Shown: in pieces, positions 1 to 6,820 of the stretch
Numbering within the stretch: the stretch's first letter is position 1
Layout: each line of letters opens with the position of its first letter
From: an uncultured Pirellulales bacterium
GTDB lineage: Bacteria; Planctomycetota; Phycisphaerae; Sedimentisphaerales; Anaerobacaceae
Direction of reading: 5' to 3'
NCBI GenBank assembly: GCA_964653075.1
Contig: CAZZAX010000044.1
Span: forward strand, 6,877-38,876
DNA: 32,000 nucleotides
Notes under the pieces: generated by a model
The model's input: only the letters and a program-made list of their open reading frames with translations
Told to the model about the DNA's origin: nothing
Databases searched by the model: none
Translations under genes and position numbers: made by a program

Positions 1-1247
1 GGACGAACTTTATCGACCGAGGTCTCGTGGACACGGATTTCAACAATAATTTCTGACGTATTCGGAAGTGATATAATGGTCTGGCGCTGATAAACCTTGC
101 CTCCTTCCTGAATAGGTCCTCTCTCCCTTTCTCTCCAAGGCTCGCCACTTGTACCATACACCACCAGGCCCGGCGCAGGTGCCCGGATTATACAGGCCTC
201 AACCTGTTTTCTCCTTCTTTGTACGTCTTCTCTTGACTCGGTTACGTCTTCATCCGCATTACTCAGCCTGGCCTGGGCCTGTGCCATCCTGGACCGGGCA
301 CGAGCGCGCGTCCGTACCAATTCTCGCTCGGCCTCTTTGTAATCGCTGAGGTACTTCTCGGCTTCTTTGGGAAAATCATAACGCCTGTACAATTTCAGAG
401 CCTCGACGGCGCTTTCTCTTTGAATCCTATAACGTTCCACATCCAGTACAGCACCCTTCAACTCAAGCTCCGATACGTAATTCGCATCGTGAAGCTCCCG
501 CGTCCCTTCCAACACGTCATTTGCTTTTTCCAATTGCCCCTCGGCAAGAAGAATAGCATCTTTTAGTTGTTTCAGTTGCTGTGAAGACCCACCACTCAAA
601 CTGTTTGGGTCATTTGGGTCATTATTGGTGAGGAGCGATGTTATATCAAAATTTGAATTCGGGTCCAGGCTCGATTTCTCGACAACCTTTTGTGCAACAG
701 TCTCACCAAGATATTTTTGAAGGTCCATCAGGGCAAACTTTACTGCCAGTTGAGCCGCGGTAATATCGCTTTCATTTTGGTTTCGCTGAATATGATAATT
801 CTCCTGTTCCTCGGTAAGGCGCGCCTCGTCACTGGAAAGCCTCTTCTCTTCTTCTTTGAGCCTTTCTTTCAAACTCGAAGAATCCAGCTCCACGAGCAGC
901 TTGCCGGCATTTACATCTTCTTGCGTAATATAAGTGCCTTCGGGAATAAGACTAATTATAGTCGCCTCGCCATAGACCTCGGACCTGATATCTATGGTCT
1001 GGCTGGCCTTGGTGCTGCCGCCTTCCGTAACAGTGATGGTTAAATCATCGCGACGCACAGGGAAGGTGCTTAGTCTATTACTCGTAGAAACCAAGCCCGC
1101 TTTTCTCATTGAGCCCCACAATGACCATACCGTCAAAGCTGCCGCAGCGAAGATTAAGATTGCCCACGGCCACTTGCCGCGACCTACAAGTCCCAGTATC
1201 CCGTGACGTCGATTTACGAGTTTATTTTGCTTTTTTTTCCCATTCAT
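1..1247 (-). CDS. HlyD/MacA-type periplasmic adaptor (membrane-fusion protein) of an efflux pump; N-terminal 415 codons, C-terminus beyond the left edge
   Basis: Absent from the ORF track because it is open-ended. My translation of the minus strand from ATG at 1247 reads MNGKKKQNKLVNRRHGILGLVGRGKWPWAILIFAAAALTVWSLW (N-terminal anchor helix). It continues DDLTITVTEGGSTKASQTIDIRSEV, then a long heptad-rich coiled-coil stretch (LKERLKEEEKRLSSDEARLTEEQENY...), then ACIIRAPAPGLVVY...GGKVYQRQTIISLPN. This is the usual MFP layout, and there is no stop down to position 1. Confidence 0.75.
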   Translation of the reverse strand, partial: MNGKKKQNKLVNRRHGILGLVGRGKWPWAILIFAAAALTVWSLWGSMRKAGLVSTSNRLSTFPVRRDDLTITVTEGGSTKASQTIDIRSEVYGEATIISLIPEGTYITQEDVNAGKLLVELDSSSLKERLKEEEKRLSSDEARLTEEQENYHIQRNQNESDITAAQLAVKFALMDLQKYLGETVAQKVVEKSSLDPNSNFDITSLLTNNDPNDPNSLSGGSSQQLKQLKDAILLAEGQLEKANDVLEGTRELHDANYVSELELKGAVLDVERYRIQRESAVEALKLYRRYDFPKEAEKYLSDYKEAERELVRTRARARSRMAQAQARLSNADEDVTESREDVQRRRKQVEACIIRAPAPGLVVYGTSGEPWRERERGPIQEGGKVYQRQTIISLPNTSEIIVEIRVHETSVDKVR

Positions 1248-1294
1248 TTTTCTCTTGCTCTCACATTCCGTCCGACCTAACCTGCAAAATGCCA

Positions 1295-1381
1295 TTACCG
1301 AAGGGGCACAATACGCACGATTACCACCATGAGAACTGCCAATGCAAGAAGGATAATCAGTATCCAACGTTTCGAGCTCAT
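1295..1381 (-). CDS. Possible 28-aa hydrophobic micro-protein immediately upstream of the adaptor gene (MSSKRWILIILLALAVLMVVIVRIVPLR)
   Basis: ATG at 1381 and TAA at 1297..1295, with AAGGGA about 10 nt upstream. It encodes a single predicted TM helix on the same strand as the adaptor gene and 47 nt upstream of it. It is too short for coding statistics. Confidence 0.2.
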   Translation of the reverse strand: MSSKRWILIILLALAVLMVVIVRIVPLR

Positions 1382-1544
1382 TCTTTCATCCCTTTCGTTG
1401 ATAATACTGTGTCCACAATCTACTAATTGAGTTAAGCTGCCCGCTGCCTGTTGCATTTGTTGAAAACTACTCTTTTTATTGGCCCGACGGCAAGCTCATT
1501 TTGTCGAGGCTTAAGGTTTTCCAGAAACCACAGAGTGTGCGAAT

Positions 1545-1587
1545 ACTCAAAAGAAAACACTGTTGGGCGCGAGTTTTTCAGCGCCCA
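1545..1587 (-). terminator. Candidate intrinsic terminator after the acidic-tail lipoprotein gene
   Basis: A perfect 7-bp stem, TGGGCGC (1564-1570) with GCGCCCA (1581-1587), and a 10-nt loop. Read on the minus strand it is followed by ACAGTG TTTTCTTTTG. It lies about 70 nt downstream of the stop at 1655. Confidence 0.45.
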
Positions 1588-1654
1588 GCGGTGCGGACTT
1601 ATACTCTGATAACTTGATGTCTGACCGATTGTCTTGTTGTTAGTAATAGGGATA

Positions 1655-2557
1655 CTATTTCTCATCTTTGTCATCGTCTTCGTCGTTATCGTCTTCGTCA
1701 TCATCGTCTTCGTCGCCATCGTCTTCGTCATCATCGCCTTCATCATCTTCGTCGTCGTCATCTAAGTTGGCCTTCATATCATCATCGTCATCATCGTCAT
1801 CATCATCTTTCTCGTTGTCCGGTTTGCTTTTCTCGACTTCTTCCTCAACGCGGCGACCATCAGGAGTAAGAAGCAGTTCGTGCCGGGCGTTATCCTTGCT
1901 GAATTTGACCTCATAAAGGATCATAGTCTTTTGTTCACATAGCAGCCGAGCGCCCTTGCCCGCAGCTTTCCGTGCCGCCTTTAGCACTGCTGCCGGGACC
2001 TTATCGGTATCCACCTGCTCCTCTATTTCCACTAAATCACCCGACTTCGTGACCAGAACATCCATATTTGCACCGGAACGTGAATTCCACGAGCCCTCAT
2101 AGAATGTGTGGCCATGCTCGATTTCCTCCGCAAACTCTGTGATTTCAGCGCGGCCGGCAAGCTTCTTAAGCGTTGCCAGGGCAGCCTCCGGGACTTCTTC
2201 TTTTGTTACCTGGCGTTCACTCTCACCCTTGACTTGTTTGTCTTCTTTGTCCTTCTTGTTAGCTTTGAGTTTTTTCAATTGGTTCCTTAGAACCGCCGCC
2301 TTCTCAAAATCCAGTTTTTTTGCAGCTTCCCACATTTCTTTCTCAATTTTTTTAGTTGCTGAGGACATCTTGAGCTTTTTCAACTGGTCCCGCAGAGAAG
2401 CCGCCCGCTCAAAATCGAGTTTCTTTGCTGATTCCCACATTTGCTTCTCAATCTTCGATAACTCGCCCGCCTTTTCTTTATCTGCGTATGTCAGAGGGCA
2501 TGCTATTAAGCCTATAAGAAGCACCAGACCAATCAGTTTCCAATTTCTCTTTACCAT
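1655..2557 (-). CDS. Predicted lipoprotein with two UVR-like motifs, two PepSY-like half-domains and a poly-Asp/Glu C-terminal tail
   Basis: The ORF 1655..2602 is trimmed to ATG 2557, which follows AAGGAG (taaggagatttaagATG).
- Signal peptide with lipobox: MVKRNWKLIGLVLLIGLIAC.
- Duplicated motif IEK[QE]MWE[SA]AKKLDFE[RK]AA[SV]LR[DN]QLKKLK, which matches the UvrB/UvrC UVR pattern.
- Two segments starting VPEAALATLKKLAG / VPAAVLKAARKAAG, resembling PepSY-like folds.
- A 51-residue D/E-rich tail. Confidence 0.8.
   Translation of the reverse strand: MVKRNWKLIGLVLLIGLIACPLTYADKEKAGELSKIEKQMWESAKKLDFERAASLRDQLKKLKMSSATKKIEKEMWEAAKKLDFEKAAVLRNQLKKLKANKKDKEDKQVKGESERQVTKEEVPEAALATLKKLAGRAEITEFAEEIEHGHTFYEGSWNSRSGANMDVLVTKSGDLVEIEEQVDTDKVPAAVLKAARKAAGKGARLLCEQKTMILYEVKFSKDNARHELLLTPDGRRVEEEVEKSKPDNEKDDDDDDDDDDMKANLDDDDEDDEGDDDEDDGDEDDDDEDDNDEDDDKDEK
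1658..1810 (-). repeat. Low-complexity (GAY/GAR)n trinucleotide tract encoding the polyacidic tail
   Basis: Runs of gtcatc/gtcttc on the plus strand, which is GAT/GAC/GAA on the coding strand. The tract also creates shadow ORFs: poly-Ser on the plus strand and MTTTKMMK... in another minus frame. Confidence 0.9.
2262..2451 (-). repeat. Internal tandem duplication (period about 109 nt) encoding the two UVR-like motifs
   Basis: The sequence gagttttttcaattggttcc...ctcaaaatccagtttttttgcagcttcccacatttctttctcaat is repeated as gagctttttcaactggtccc...ctcaaaatcgagtttctttgctgattcccacatttgcttctcaat. Coordinates are approximate. Confidence 0.7.
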
Positions 2558-2857
2558 CTTAAATCTCCTTATATTAAAAACACCAATTCTACAGCCCGCC
2601 ACCGTGGTCAGGCCCGCCGAGAGGTGCTCGGCTTTGTTAACTGCGATATTAACACAGAAAAGATGAGAAAATTGTGAGAAAATCTATTTTTTTTCAAATA
2701 TTTTTATATGTCATAATTTTCCTCTATCGAGGAACTTTGCATTCTTAGTATAGTTTTCTTGTGAAATATCGATTATTTCAAGGATTATCGGTTAGAACGA
2801 ATGAATTGAGATAAAACAGGGTAACTGAATTATGACTTTCTCGTTATTTTTGCCTTC

Positions 2858-3781
2858 TTAATCAAAAAGCGCTTCTACAAACGTATTGGGGTCGAACTCT
2901 GCGATATCTTCCGGTTTTTCCCCCAGGCCGATGAATTTTACAGGTATATCGAGCTGGTCTTTTATAGCGATAACGATTCCGCCTCGTGCAGTCCCGTCAA
3001 GTTTAGCCAAGAATATTCCCGTAACGTTAATAGCTTCTGTGAATATCTTTGCCTGAACAATTGCATTTTGTCCTGTGGTTGCATCGAGAACCAGCAGTAC
3101 TTCGTTCGGGGCGTCGGGTATTTTACGGGCAACCACATCACGAATTTTTGTCAGTTGCTTCATCAGGTCTTTTTTTGTATGTAATCGCCCGGCAGTATCG
3201 AGGATAAGAATATCTGTATTCCTTGCCAAAGCGGCTTCACAGGCATCGAAAGCTACGGCCGCCGGATCGCTACCGGTTTGGTGCTTTACAATTTGCACAC
3301 CGATACGTTCAGCCCATATGGTCAGTTGTTCCACGGCGGCGGCACGGAATGTATCGCACGCGGCAACAATGACCTTTTTGTTGTTCCGATTCAATATATA
3401 TGCAAGTTTAGCAATACTTGTGGTTTTGCCTGTGCCGTTGACACCGGCGACAAGGATAACAGTCGGGCCGGACTGAGCCAGATGTAGTTGTCTGTCGCGG
3501 TCCGGCCAATAGCTTTTAATGTGCTCTTTGAGAAATGGTATAATATCGTCGGTCTGAGCGATTTTCCTGCTGCGATAGGCCGTACGCAGCTCAGATACGA
3601 GCTTATCCGTCGTTTCAACCCCAATATCGTCACTTATCAGCGTTTCTTCCAGCTCGTCAAGCAGGCTTTCGTCGATATTTCTTCCCAGACTCAGCACCGA
3701 CGACAGCGAGCTGCTGATTTTGTTGCGAGTTTTGCCCAATCGGTCTTTGAAATATCCTGCGGTTTTGGTAAAAATTCCCAT
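2858..3781 (-). CDS. ftsY: Signal recognition particle receptor FtsY (short form, NG domain only)
   Basis: 307 aa with SRP-GTPase motifs GVNGTGKTTSIAKLA (G1), DTAGRLH (G3) and LAKLDGTARGG (G4). The N domain precedes them. Confidence 0.95.
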   Translation of the reverse strand: MGIFTKTAGYFKDRLGKTRNKISSSLSSVLSLGRNIDESLLDELEETLISDDIGVETTDKLVSELRTAYRSRKIAQTDDIIPFLKEHIKSYWPDRDRQLHLAQSGPTVILVAGVNGTGKTTSIAKLAYILNRNNKKVIVAACDTFRAAAVEQLTIWAERIGVQIVKHQTGSDPAAVAFDACEAALARNTDILILDTAGRLHTKKDLMKQLTKIRDVVARKIPDAPNEVLLVLDATTGQNAIVQAKIFTEAINVTGIFLAKLDGTARGGIVIAIKDQLDIPVKFIGLGEKPEDIAEFDPNTFVEALFD

Positions 3782-4230
3782 CGTTGTTTGCCTTTCGCTA
3801 AAATAATTCAGGTCCTGTTGGAAGTTGAAATTTTGGTTTTGGCAGAACCAGCATTGCTCTGATAGTATCGGGATTTATGAAAATTTCAAGTCCAGGCATA
3901 ATTTAATTTTCGACTTTACTGAGTTTTCCAAATACCAGGGCATCAATAATACATTTCGAAAAATTGTGCAATTTTTTGTTTTTTGTTTCGAGCCGGCTAT
4001 TTTTCTTTGACAAATCAAGCGATTCAAGTTAGATTTTCTGCTACTATCCCACAGAAGATTGAGCATAAGCTCGCATCTAAGAGGTGTGGAGTTTTGGTTC
4101 ATGTGAAAATTGTGGAACCTCATTGAAGCGAGGGGAGTTGGATAAATTGTGAAATGAGAAGTTTTTAACAGGGATGTTTTGATGGGCAGTTATCTTTCAT
4201 ATAGTGCATTAATTCACAAAGGATGGTGAA
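3782..4230. promoter_or_regulatory. Candidate oriC / dnaA promoter region
   Basis: A 449-nt non-coding gap directly upstream of dnaA, with gene orientation diverging on either side (ftsY minus, dnaA plus). An AT-rich block lies at about 3880-4020.

Imperfect matches to the TTATCCACA/TGTGGATAA DnaA box:
- GTTGGATAA (4137-4145)
- TATCCCACA (4045-4053)
- TGTGGAGTT (4085-4093)
- TGTGGAACC (4111-4119)
- TTTTCCAAA (3924-3932)

There is no perfect box. Confidence 0.45.
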
Positions 4231-5592
4231 GTGGCAGCTCGCGAAGTTGAAGACATTTTCGCAGATATAATCGACCGTACAAAAATGCTTGATCCGGCCA
4301 ACGCCCGCAAGTGGTTCGACAAGTTAACGTTTTTGCACATGGATGGCGGCTCGCTCGGGATAGGCTGTCCCGATGAGGCGACGGTTCAGTTCCTGCAGGA
4401 CAATTGCAAAAGTAGTTTCACGCGGGCCGCTCAGCAGATAACAGGCCATCTTATCACAGTAGATTTCAGAGTTGGCACTTCCGGAGAATTCGACAACAGC
4501 TCACGGCGCTTCAGTTCCGGTTCTGACGGCACTATTTTGCGCAAGGAACATAAAAGCGGAAGCCTTAAACTTCATCCTGACTATACATTTGATAATTTTG
4601 TCGTAGGGCCGAGCAACCGGCTTGCTCATGCAAGCTGTGTTGCGGTAAGTCAATCGCCGGGCAATACCTACAATCCTCTTTTTATATACGGCAATTCAGG
4701 CCTGGGGAAAACACATCTTTTGCATGCCGTCTGTTTCGAAGCCCAGCGCAAATCCAACGGTGCGGTTATGCAGCTCTTAAGCTGTGAAGAATTCGTCAAC
4801 AGATTTATCAGAGCAATCGAGGAGGGGGACTTGTCCGGCTTCCAAAGCCAGTTTCGTACCGTAGATATGCTGGTAATTGACGATGTTCAATTTCTGCGGG
4901 AACGTGAGCACAGCCAGGAGGAATTCTTCCACACATTTAATGCACTTTATAATAACGGCAAACAAATCATCCTTAGTGCCGACAGCCCGCCCGGCAAGAT
5001 TCCGTCGCTCGAAACGCGCCTTATCAGCAGATTTAACTGGGGTCTGGTTACAAGAATCGACCCGCCGAGCTACGAGACAAGAGTTGCTATCGTCCAAAAG
5101 AAGGCACACCTTCGAGGTCTTAATATTTCCGATGAAATAGCCGAATACATCGCCCGCAAGGTGCATGCAAATATCAGGGAATTGGAAGGCGCTTTGACAA
5201 CTATTTATGCCGTTGCCACTACCACCGAGAAAGTAATCGACCTCGAATTAGCTCGGACAGCTCTGGAAGGCCAGATCAAAGCATCAGCCAGACATATTAG
5301 TATCACTGATATCATCGAAGTGGTGACCGGCCATTTTGACGTTCGCCTTGCAGACCTGCAAAGCAAAAAACGAAGCCAGAGTATTACTGAGCCGCGTCAG
5401 ATTTGCATGTACCTGGCCAGGAAGTTAACCAGACACAGCCTCGAAGAAATTGGAGGCCATTTGGGTGGCAGAGACCATACTACTGTTATGCACGCGTGCA
5501 GCAAGATAAGCCATGCCAAGAAATCCGACCCTCAAATGCATGTCCTTTTGGGGGAGCTGACAAAACAAATCACACAAACTCCACAGTCTTAA
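4231..5592 (+). CDS. dnaA: Chromosomal replication initiator protein DnaA
   Basis: 453 aa with a GTG start after AAAGGA. Motifs: Walker A GNSGLGKTHLLHA, Walker B LVIDDVQFL, sensor ANIRELEGAL, and the C-terminal DNA-binding helix region RQICMYLARKLT...GGRDHTTVMHA. Confidence 0.95.
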   Translation: MAAREVEDIFADIIDRTKMLDPANARKWFDKLTFLHMDGGSLGIGCPDEATVQFLQDNCKSSFTRAAQQITGHLITVDFRVGTSGEFDNSSRRFSSGSDGTILRKEHKSGSLKLHPDYTFDNFVVGPSNRLAHASCVAVSQSPGNTYNPLFIYGNSGLGKTHLLHAVCFEAQRKSNGAVMQLLSCEEFVNRFIRAIEEGDLSGFQSQFRTVDMLVIDDVQFLREREHSQEEFFHTFNALYNNGKQIILSADSPPGKIPSLETRLISRFNWGLVTRIDPPSYETRVAIVQKKAHLRGLNISDEIAEYIARKVHANIRELEGALTTIYAVATTTEKVIDLELARTALEGQIKASARHISITDIIEVVTGHFDVRLADLQSKKRSQSITEPRQICMYLARKLTRHSLEEIGGHLGGRDHTTVMHACSKISHAKKSDPQMHVLLGELTKQITQTPQS

Positions 5593-5610
5593 ATATCCCG
5601 GACGGGATGA

Positions 5611-6819
5611 TTAGTTCATTATGGAATTTAACATATCCAGGTAATCCGAGAGCAGGCGGGTTATCAAAAACTTATTCCTGACCGTTTCCTTTGCATTTTG
5701 GCCCAGGAATTGACCTTCCTTCGGATTGTTCAGTAGATGTATAATTCTATCGGCGAAAGCGTTTATATCCCTGGACGGGACCAAAAATCCATTTTTACCG
5801 TCCTCTATTTGGGCGGGAAGTCCCCCTACATTAGAGGCTACGACAGGAGTCCCTTTCCATAGCGCCTCGGTAACCGCAAGACAAAAGCCTTCCTTTGTAG
5901 ATTTTTGAATTATAACATCTGAGAATTGCTGGATAGCGTTAACCAGTGTTTCGTTATTGCCAACAACAAAAATGATATGGCCGTTTTTATAGAGTTTGTT
6001 TGCCTTGCGCAGGATCTTATTATACATCCTTAACCCTTCGGGGTCGTCGCTGGCGACGTTATAGCAGAAAAGCAATCTGCAATCGACCTTCTCTCTAACT
6101 AATTTGAACACATCTATCACCCCCTCCGGGTCCTTCCATGGGTCAAGTCTGGAAACCTGTGTGATTATTGGCTTATCGGTTGGAATTCCGGCTTTTGTTA
6201 TTTTTTCCAGGATCGTCTTTTCGCTGATGTCTCTGTTCTTTTCACTGAGCGGGTTAATAGCCGGAAATATCAGCCTCTGGTCTATGGGTAAATCTTCTTT
6301 GAAATATTTTTCACTTGAGACGACGATCTGGTCGTACTTCAATAAAAATCCTTTCAAAAAATCCCACAATTGTGCTTGAGGACTGGTGAGATCTATATGA
6401 CAACGCCATATCCAGGGTTGTCTTTTTCTGTACGACCTTATTAACGAAAGAGGCTGAGGGTCGTGTATTATTACGCAGTCATGGTGGAGGTGTGTGAATT
6501 TCGAAAAATTTTGATTAACATCGAGGTATAAACGTTTTTTTCTCTCGGACAGATTTAATCTTGCACCTTGCAGTGCATTATGGAAACCCTTTGTGACCTC
6601 AAAGAATTCCTGACTTCCGTGCAGGATTCGCCATCCTGCATCTATTCCAACGTCATTCATCAGCAGCACGAGAGAATAGAGAATTTCCGCCACTCCACCA
6701 CCCTGGTATGTTGCGTTAAGATGAACTACATGTTTTCCATATAGTTTTTTGGCTCTTGCGTAAATCTCTGCTAATACCTTATCGGGCACTATGTACCGAA
6801 AATCTTCGAGGCGTAACAT
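5611..6819 (-). CDS. treT: Trehalose glycosyltransferring synthase TreT (GT4; NDP-glucose + glucose to trehalose)
   Basis: 402 aa. As far as I recall them, it aligns along its length with archaeal and bacterial TreT sequences: HLNATYQGGGVAEIL, FHNALQG, PWIWRCHIDL, PIITQVSRLDPWKDP, DDPEG and the GT-B C-terminal EGFCLAVTEALWKGTPVV. An AGGAAA Shine-Dalgarno lies inside the last codons of the upstream gene. Confidence 0.85.
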   Translation of the reverse strand: MLRLEDFRYIVPDKVLAEIYARAKKLYGKHVVHLNATYQGGGVAEILYSLVLLMNDVGIDAGWRILHGSQEFFEVTKGFHNALQGARLNLSERKKRLYLDVNQNFSKFTHLHHDCVIIHDPQPLSLIRSYRKRQPWIWRCHIDLTSPQAQLWDFLKGFLLKYDQIVVSSEKYFKEDLPIDQRLIFPAINPLSEKNRDISEKTILEKITKAGIPTDKPIITQVSRLDPWKDPEGVIDVFKLVREKVDCRLLFCYNVASDDPEGLRMYNKILRKANKLYKNGHIIFVVGNNETLVNAIQQFSDVIIQKSTKEGFCLAVTEALWKGTPVVASNVGGLPAQIEDGKNGFLVPSRDINAFADRIIHLLNNPKEGQFLGQNAKETVRNKFLITRLLSDYLDMLNSIMN

Positions 6820-6820
6820 A

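Noticed and set aside
1668-1916. An 82-aa poly-serine ORF on the plus strand, and the 109-aa MTTTKMMKAMM... ORF (1432..1761, minus strand).
   Set aside because: Both are alternate-frame or antisense readings of the (GAY)n tract that encodes the polyacidic tail of the 1655..2557 gene. They are low-complexity shadows with no Shine-Dalgarno or independent support.
2610-2645. A GCCGAG-aggtg-CTCGGC hairpin followed by TTTGTT, in the gap between ftsY and the acidic-tail lipoprotein gene.
   Set aside because: The T-tract is on the plus strand, where no gene ends. On the minus strand, where ftsY ends, the stem is followed by GC-rich sequence. I cannot assign it as a terminator.
2106-2666. A 186-aa plus-strand ORF antisense to the UVR/PepSY lipoprotein gene.
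   Set aside because: It is Ser/Phe-rich with no motifs and is fully overlapped by a minus-strand gene that has a Shine-Dalgarno, a signal peptide and domain structure.
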